Below are positions 59,029 to 64,000 of a DNA stretch of 64,000 nt, in pieces. A program made the translations under genes and the position numbers. Origin of the DNA: Eubacteriales bacterium (GTDB taxonomy: Bacteria; Bacillota; Clostridia; Oscillospirales; QAMX01); assembly GCA_045639125.1 (NCBI GenBank), contig JAZUCL010000021.1, positions 11,526 through 75,525 on the forward strand. The letters run 5' to 3'. The stretch's first letter is position 1; the number at the start of each line of letters is the position of its first letter. A model generated the notes under the pieces. It had not been told where the DNA came from and searched no databases. It worked only from the letters and a program-made list of their open reading frames with translations.

Positions 59029-62000
59029 ATGGCTTATCAAAGCTTTGAAGCTATAAAAATCGGCCTTGCGTCCCCGGAAATGATTCGTAACTGGTCTTAC
59101 GGAGAGGTAAAGAAGCCTGAAACCATAAATTACAGAACATTAAAACCTGAACGTGATGGTTTGTTCTGTGAGAGAATTTTTGGTCCGACTAAGGACTGGG
59201 AATGTCATTGTGGTAAGTATAAAAAGGTAAGATACAAGGGCAAGGTCTGTGACCGTTGTGGTGTTGAAGTTACGAAAAAGGCAGTACGTCGTGAACGTAT
59301 GGGCCATATCGAACTTGCAGCCCCCGTATCTCATATTTGGTATTTCCGTGGAATCCCGTCCCGTATGGGCTTGATTCTTAATATGTCTCCACGTCTTTTG
59401 GAGAAGGTATTGTATTTTGCGTCTTATGTTGTTACCGATCCCGGTGATACGCCCCTTATGAAGAAACAAATTCTTTCTGAAAAGGAGTATCGTGACGCAA
59501 GAGAAAAGTACGAGGACGATTTCCGTGCAGGAATGGGTGCAGAAGCAATTAAAGAACTTCTTGCAGAGATCGACCTTGAGAAAACGTCTGCTGAACTTCA
59601 TGATGAACTTAAGAACGCATCTGGACAGAAAAAAATGCGTATTGTTAAGCAACTTGAAGTTGTTGAGGCGTTCCGTGGTTCAGGAAATCGTCCTGAGTGG
59701 ATGATTCTTGATGCAGTACCTGTTATTCCACCAGATATTCGTCCCATGGTACAACTTGACGGCGGCAGATTTGCTACCTCCGACTTAAATGACTTGTACC
59801 GCCGTGTTATTAACCGTAACAACCGCTTAAAAAGACTTCTTGAATTAGGTGCACCTGACATTATTGTGCGTAACGAAAAGCGTATGCTTCAGGAAGCAGT
59901 TGACGCTTTGTTTGATAACGGTCGTCGTGGCCGTCCTGTAACAGGACCCAATAATCGTGCCCTTAAGTCTTTGTCCGATATGCTTCGTGGTAAGCAGGGT
60001 AGATTCAGACAGAACCTTCTTGGTAAGCGTGTTGACTACTCCGGACGTAGCGTTATCGTTGTCGGTCCTGAACTTAAAATTTATCAGTGTGGTCTTCCCA
60101 AGGAAATGGCTCTTGAGTTGTTTAAGCCTTTCATCATGAAGAAACTTGTTGATGATGGTCTTGCCAACAACATTAAGAGTGCTAAGAAGATGGTCGAGCG
60201 TGCAAAGACTGAAGTTTGGGACGCTTTGGAGGAGATTATCCGCCAGCATCCTGTTTTGCTTAACCGTGCACCGACACTTCACAGACTTGGTATTCAGGCA
60301 TTTGAGCCTGTACTTGTTGAAGGCCGTGCATTGAAACTTCACCCACTTGTTTGTACTGCGTTTAACGCTGACTTTGACGGTGACCAGATGGCTGTTCACG
60401 TACCTTTGTCTGCGGAAGCACAGAGCGAGGCACGTATTCTTATGTTGTCTGCTAACAACCTGTTAAAGCCTGTTGACGGTCTCCCAATTTCTGTACCTAC
60501 ACAGGATATGATTCTCGGTTCTTACTACCTTACCTATGAGCGTGAGGACGAGGAGGGTGCAGGCAAGGTATTTGCAAGTGTTGATGAGGCACTTCTTGCG
60601 TACAGTGAGGGCGTTGTTAAAATTCACGCACCAATTCGTGTTCGTGTTTCTAAGGAAATTGACGGTAAGACGATTACCGGTATTATTCCTGCAACTGTAG
60701 GACGTCTTATTTTCAATGCTAATATTCCGCAGGACCTTGGATTTATTGAACGTACTACTCCGGAAAGCCATTTGCAACTTGAAGTAACATTTACCGTTGG
60801 TAAGAAGCAACTCGGTAAAATAATTGACCGTTGTATTCGTGTTCATGGTTTCTCTGATACTGCTGAAATCCTTGACAAAATCAAGGCTATGGGCTTTAAG
60901 TATTCTACTCGTGGTGCGTTGACGATTTCCGTTTCTGATATGGTTATTCCTGAGGCTAAGTACACGCTTATCAATGAAACTGAGGCTCGTGTAGCATCAA
61001 TTGATGCAAAGTACAAGAGAGGTTTCATTACTAATGATGAACGTCGTCGCCTTGTTATTACAGAATGGGATGATTGTACAAAGAAGGTATCTGCTGCACT
61101 TAGCGACAGCCTTGACAGATATAATCCAATCTACATGATGGCTGACTCCGGTGCTCGTGGTAGCCAGACTCAGATTCGTCAGCTTGCCGGTATGCGTGGT
61201 CTGCTTGCAGATACGTCTGGTAAGACTATCGAAATTCCAATTAAGGCTAACTTCCGTGAAGGTCTTACAGTTCTTGAGTTCTTTATCTCCTCTCGTGGTG
61301 CGAGAAAAGGACAGGCGGATACGGCTCTTCGTACTGCTGACTCAGGTTACCTTACCCGCCGTCTTGTTGACGTATCGCAGGATGTAATTATCCGTGAGGT
61401 TGACTGTGGTTGCACAGATGGTATTGAAATTTACGATATTACTCAAGGTAAGCAACTTATTGAGCCGTTCTTCGATCGTCTTGTAGGTCGTTACCTTGTA
61501 GATGATCTTGTAGATGAAAAGACGGGCGAATTGATTGCATCTAAGGATGTAATGCTCAGCGAAGAAGACGCACAACGTATTATTGATGCTGGTATTGAGC
61601 GTGTTAAAATTCGTTCTGTACTCACATGTAACTCCCGCTACGGCGTTTGTTCCAAGTGTTATGGTGTTAACCTTGCAACTGGTAAGCCTGTTGCAATTGG
61701 TGAAGCAGTTGGTATTATCGCTGCTCAGTCTATCGGTGAACCTGGTACTCAGCTTACCATGCGTACTTTCCACCAGGGTGGTGTCGCAGGTGACGATATT
61801 ACCCAAGGTCTGCCCAGAGTTGAAGAACTGTTTGAGGCAAGAAAACCCAAGCGTGTTGCTACTCTTACTGAACTTTCAGGCAAGATTTCCATTGAGGAAA
61901 TCCGCCGTGGTACTATGAGAAATGTTACCGTTACAAATGAGGAGACTGGTGAGGCCGTTTCATACCAGATCCCATTTGGTGCTAAGTTGAAAGTACACGA

Positions 62001-62565
62001 GGGCGATACAGTTCGTGCCGGTGAGGAATTGACTGAGGGTGCACTTAATCCTCACGATGTACTTCGTGTTAAAGGTGTCAGTGCAGTTCATGCATACCTT
62101 ATCCAAGAAGTACAGAAAGTGTATCGTCAGCAGGGTGTTGACATTAACGATAAGCACATTGAGGTTATTTGCCGTCAGATGATGCGTAAAATCAAAATTG
62201 ACGATGCAGGTGATACTGACTTGCTTATCGGTTCACAAGTTGACGTATTTGAACTTCGTCAAAAGAACTTGGAGATTGAAGCACGTATACAAAATGGAGA
62301 AACAGGTCTTCTGCCTGCAAGAGGTACTCCTGTTATTCTCGGTATTACAAGAGCATCTCTTGCTACCGAGTCGTTTCTTAGTGCGGCTTCCTTCCAGGAA
62401 ACTACAAGAGTTCTTACCGATGCAGCAATTAAGTGTAAAGTTGACCCACTTATCGGTCTTAAAGAGAACGTCCTAATCGGTAAACTTGTACCTGCAGGTT
62501 CAGGTATGGACATCTATCGTGAGGGTTTTGAGGTAGATGTAGACGCAGATGTAGACGTACAATAG
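59029..62565 (+). CDS. rpoC: DNA-directed RNA polymerase beta' subunit
   Basis: [12 protein letters not shown] catalytic motif and an N-terminal zinc finger CHCGKY...CDRCG. Confidence 0.95.
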   Translation: MAYQSFEAIKIGLASPEMIRNWSYGEVKKPETINYRTLKPERDGLFCERIFGPTKDWECHCGKYKKVRYKGKVCDRCGVEVTKKAVRRERMGHIELAAPVSHIWYFRGIPSRMGLILNMSPRLLEKVLYFASYVVTDPGDTPLMKKQILSEKEYRDAREKYEDDFRAGMGAEAIKELLAEIDLEKTSAELHDELKNASGQKKMRIVKQLEVVEAFRGSGNRPEWMILDAVPVIPPDIRPMVQLDGGRFATSDLNDLYRRVINRNNRLKRLLELGAPDIIVRNEKRMLQEAVDALFDNGRRGRPVTGPNNRALKSLSDMLRGKQGRFRQNLLGKRVDYSGRSVIVVGPELKIYQCGLPKEMALELFKPFIMKKLVDDGLANNIKSAKKMVERAKTEVWDALEEIIRQHPVLLNRAPTLHRLGIQAFEPVLVEGRALKLHPLVCTAFNADFDGDQMAVHVPLSAEAQSEARILMLSANNLLKPVDGLPISVPTQDMILGSYYLTYEREDEEGAGKVFASVDEALLAYSEGVVKIHAPIRVRVSKEIDGKTITGIIPATVGRLIFNANIPQDLGFIERTTPESHLQLEVTFTVGKKQLGKIIDRCIRVHGFSDTAEILDKIKAMGFKYSTRGALTISVSDMVIPEAKYTLINETEARVASIDAKYKRGFITNDERRRLVITEWDDCTKKVSAALSDSLDRYNPIYMMADSGARGSQTQIRQLAGMRGLLADTSGKTIEIPIKANFREGLTVLEFFISSRGARKGQADTALRTADSGYLTRRLVDVSQDVIIREVDCGCTDGIEIYDITQGKQLIEPFFDRLVGRYLVDDLVDEKTGELIASKDVMLSEEDAQRIIDAGIERVKIRSVLTCNSRYGVCSKCYGVNLATGKPVAIGEAVGIIAAQSIGEPGTQLTMRTFHQGGVAGDDITQGLPRVEELFEARKPKRVATLTELSGKISIEEIRRGTMRNVTVTNEETGEAVSYQIPFGAKLKVHEGDTVRAGEELTEGALNPHDVLRVKGVSAVHAYLIQEVQKVYRQQGVDINDKHIEVICRQMMRKIKIDDAGDTDLLIGSQVDVFELRQKNLEIEARIQNGETGLLPARGTPVILGITRASLATESFLSAASFQETTRVLTDAAIKCKVDPLIGLKENVLIGKLVPAGSGMDIYREGFEVDVDADVDVQ

Positions 62566-62597
62566 CCGGAAGTGCTCAAATTTGTACAGTATAACAG

Positions 62598-62626
62598 TTG
62601 ACGAAACGATATTTTTTCGATATAAT
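62598..62626 (+). promoter_or_regulatory. Consensus-like sigma-A promoter between rpoC and the L7Ae gene
   Basis: TTGACG, 17 nt spacer, TATAAT. Confidence 0.5.
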
Positions 62627-62660
62627 TGTTTCGTTGCGGCATGAAAGGCGGAGGTATACC

Positions 62661-62903
62661 ATGTTGTCGAAACTCCGAAACTCAAGCAAGGTAATTGGTC
62701 TCAAGCAGTCAAAGAGAGCAATCATTGACGGAATTGCTTGTTTGTGTTTTCTTGCAAGAGATGCAGAACAACGGCTGACTACACCTATTGAGACACTGTG
62801 TCAAGAGCATGGCGTTGAGATAGTGTATGTAGATACGATGCGTTTGTTGGGAGATGCCTGCGGAATTGAAGTTGGTGCAGCCGTCGCTGTATTGCTTAAA
62901 TAG
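62661..62903 (+). CDS. L7Ae-family ribosome-associated protein (YbxF-like)
   Basis: 80 aa with GLKQSKRAI...A.DAE...GIEVGAAVAVLL. It occupies the same position as B. subtilis ybxF, between rpoC and rpsL. GGAGG RBS. Confidence 0.8.
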   Translation: MLSKLRNSSKVIGLKQSKRAIIDGIACLCFLARDAEQRLTTPIETLCQEHGVEIVYVDTMRLLGDACGIEVGAAVAVLLK

Positions 62904-62971
62904 ATTACGCAGATACGAAATGGTATAAAAGTATCAATTCGTGTGAAAACTATTCCTTAGTTGTTATTTAT

Positions 62972-63005
62972 CACAGTATGTCGCTGTTTTAAGCGACATA
63001 CTGTG
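62972..63005 (+). other. 13-bp perfect hairpin in the rpsL leader
   Basis: cacagtatgtcgc-tgttttaa-gcgacatactgtg. No T tail follows. Confidence 0.5.
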
Positions 63006-63041
63006 GTCAATATAAAAATTTTATTCAAAGGAGGTGTACAA

Positions 63042-63470
63042 ATGCCGACATTTAATCAGCTTGTCAGAAAGGGCAGAGAGGAAGTTACCTACAAGTCTAC
63101 TGCTCCTGCACTCCAAAAGGGTCTTAATACTCTGAATAAGTCGCAGACAAACCTGAGTTCTCCCCAAAAGCGTGGCGTGTGCACAGCAGTAAGAACTTCT
63201 ACCCCGAAAAAGCCTAACTCTGCTTTGCGTAAGATTGCCCGTGTACGTTTGACCAATGGTATCGAGGTTACAGCATATATCCCCGGTATCGGCCACAACT
63301 TGCAGGAGCACTCCGTTGTCATGATCCGTGGTGGACGTGTTAAGGACCTTCCTGGTGTCCGTTATCACATCATCCGTGGTACTCTTGATACACAGGGTGT
63401 TGCAAATCGTAAGCAGTCCCGCTCACTTTATGGTGCTAAGAAGCCCAAGGCGGCCGCTGCAAAGAAGTAA
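63042..63470 (+). CDS. rpsL: 30S ribosomal protein S12
   Basis: [12 protein letters not shown]...[10 protein letters not shown]...[21 protein letters not shown] precedes ATG 63042. Confidence 0.97.
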   Translation: MPTFNQLVRKGREEVTYKSTAPALQKGLNTLNKSQTNLSSPQKRGVCTAVRTSTPKKPNSALRKIARVRLTNGIEVTAYIPGIGHNLQEHSVVMIRGGRVKDLPGVRYHIIRGTLDTQGVANRKQSRSLYGAKKPKAAAAKK

Positions 63471-63682
63471 TTGACGGCGTAAAAACGCATGTCTGAAAGG
63501 TAATTTACCTTTCCGTGCTTTGCCCGATACCATATTTGATTGAAAAGTTTTGTTCTTGGATATGTCAAAGACTGTGTAACGGCAGGGCGCACACGAATCG
63601 GCAGAAAGTGCCGATGTGTTATAGTTTAACTATGCACTTTATCGAGTACCTATGAAATCATACTGTGAAGGAGGGAAGCAAA

Positions 63683-64000
63683 GTGCCCAGAAGAGGATTT
63701 GTTCCCAAGAGAGACGTTTTGCCCGATCCTGTGTACAATTCTGTGTTGGTAACCAAACTTGTTAACAACATTATGTACGATGGTAAGAAGGGCGTTGCTC
63801 AGAAAATTGTTTACGGAGCATTTGACATCGTCAAGGAAAAAACCGGCAAGAACCCGGAGGAAGTATTCGTAGCCGCTATGGACAACATCATGCCTGTTCT
63901 TGAAATCAAGGCAAGACGTGTTGGTGGTGCTACTTATCAGGTTCCTATGGAGGTTCGCCCAGAAAGACGTCAGACACTTGGTCTGCGTTGGATAACCACT
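63683..64000 (+). CDS. rpsG: 30S ribosomal protein S7 (3' end outside window)
   Basis: GTG start after GGAGGG. Reads [43 protein letters not shown]... The frame is open to the window end. Confidence 0.93.
   Translation, partial: MPRRGFVPKRDVLPDPVYNSVLVTKLVNNIMYDGKKGVAQKIVYGAFDIVKEKTGKNPEEVFVAAMDNIMPVLEIKARRVGGATYQVPMEVRPERRQTLGLRWITT

Noticed and set aside
1-64000. CRISPR arrays, IS elements/transposases, integrases, reverse transcriptases, prophage structural genes
   Set aside because: I saw no regularly spaced direct repeats and no ORF with recognisable motifs of these families on either strand. This is by eye only; a repeat finder and HMM scan would be definitive.

Overview
This looks like a chromosomal segment of a low-GC, endospore-forming Firmicute, probably a Clostridia-type organism. 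That is inferred from AddAB, the yqfC-yqfD-phoH-ybeY-era-recO block, ylbJ, a SpoVD/FtsI-type PBP with PASTA repeats, an SLH protein, a type-A RNase P RNA and the rpoB-rpoC-L7Ae-rpsL-rpsG order. About 85% of the window is ordinary housekeeping. This includes addBA, GTP-PEPCK, mutS2, uvrC, rsmD-coaD and a long dcw cluster (mraZ-rsmH-ftsL-pbp-murE-murF-mraY-ftsW-murG-murA-ftsQ-ftsZ). It also includes a family-4 UDG, a heterodimeric ABC exporter, rpoBC and the start of the str operon. There are three accessory-looking stretches. (1) 1-3.4 kb holds an oxidoreductase, a decayed paralog, a metallophosphoesterase and an SGNH hydrolase. (2) A visibly AT-rich islet of about 4.2 kb sits between tRNA-Leu(CAG) and the addBA terminator. 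It carries an orphan multi-pass membrane protein under a consensus promoter, an HTH-Fic protein and a SIR2-like gene split by a homopolymer frameshift. (3) 47.2-51 kb holds small membrane ORFs (one frameshifted), an ICMT-like methyltransferase and a DUF1538-like membrane protein paired with a tandem P-II-like protein. I saw no CRISPR array, transposase, integrase, reverse transcriptase or prophage genes. The best candidate for something new is the tRNA-flanked islet, but its parts are separate transcription units and one looks degraded, so I rate it moderate rather than high. All family calls come from motif recognition by eye. No searches or numerical computations were run.
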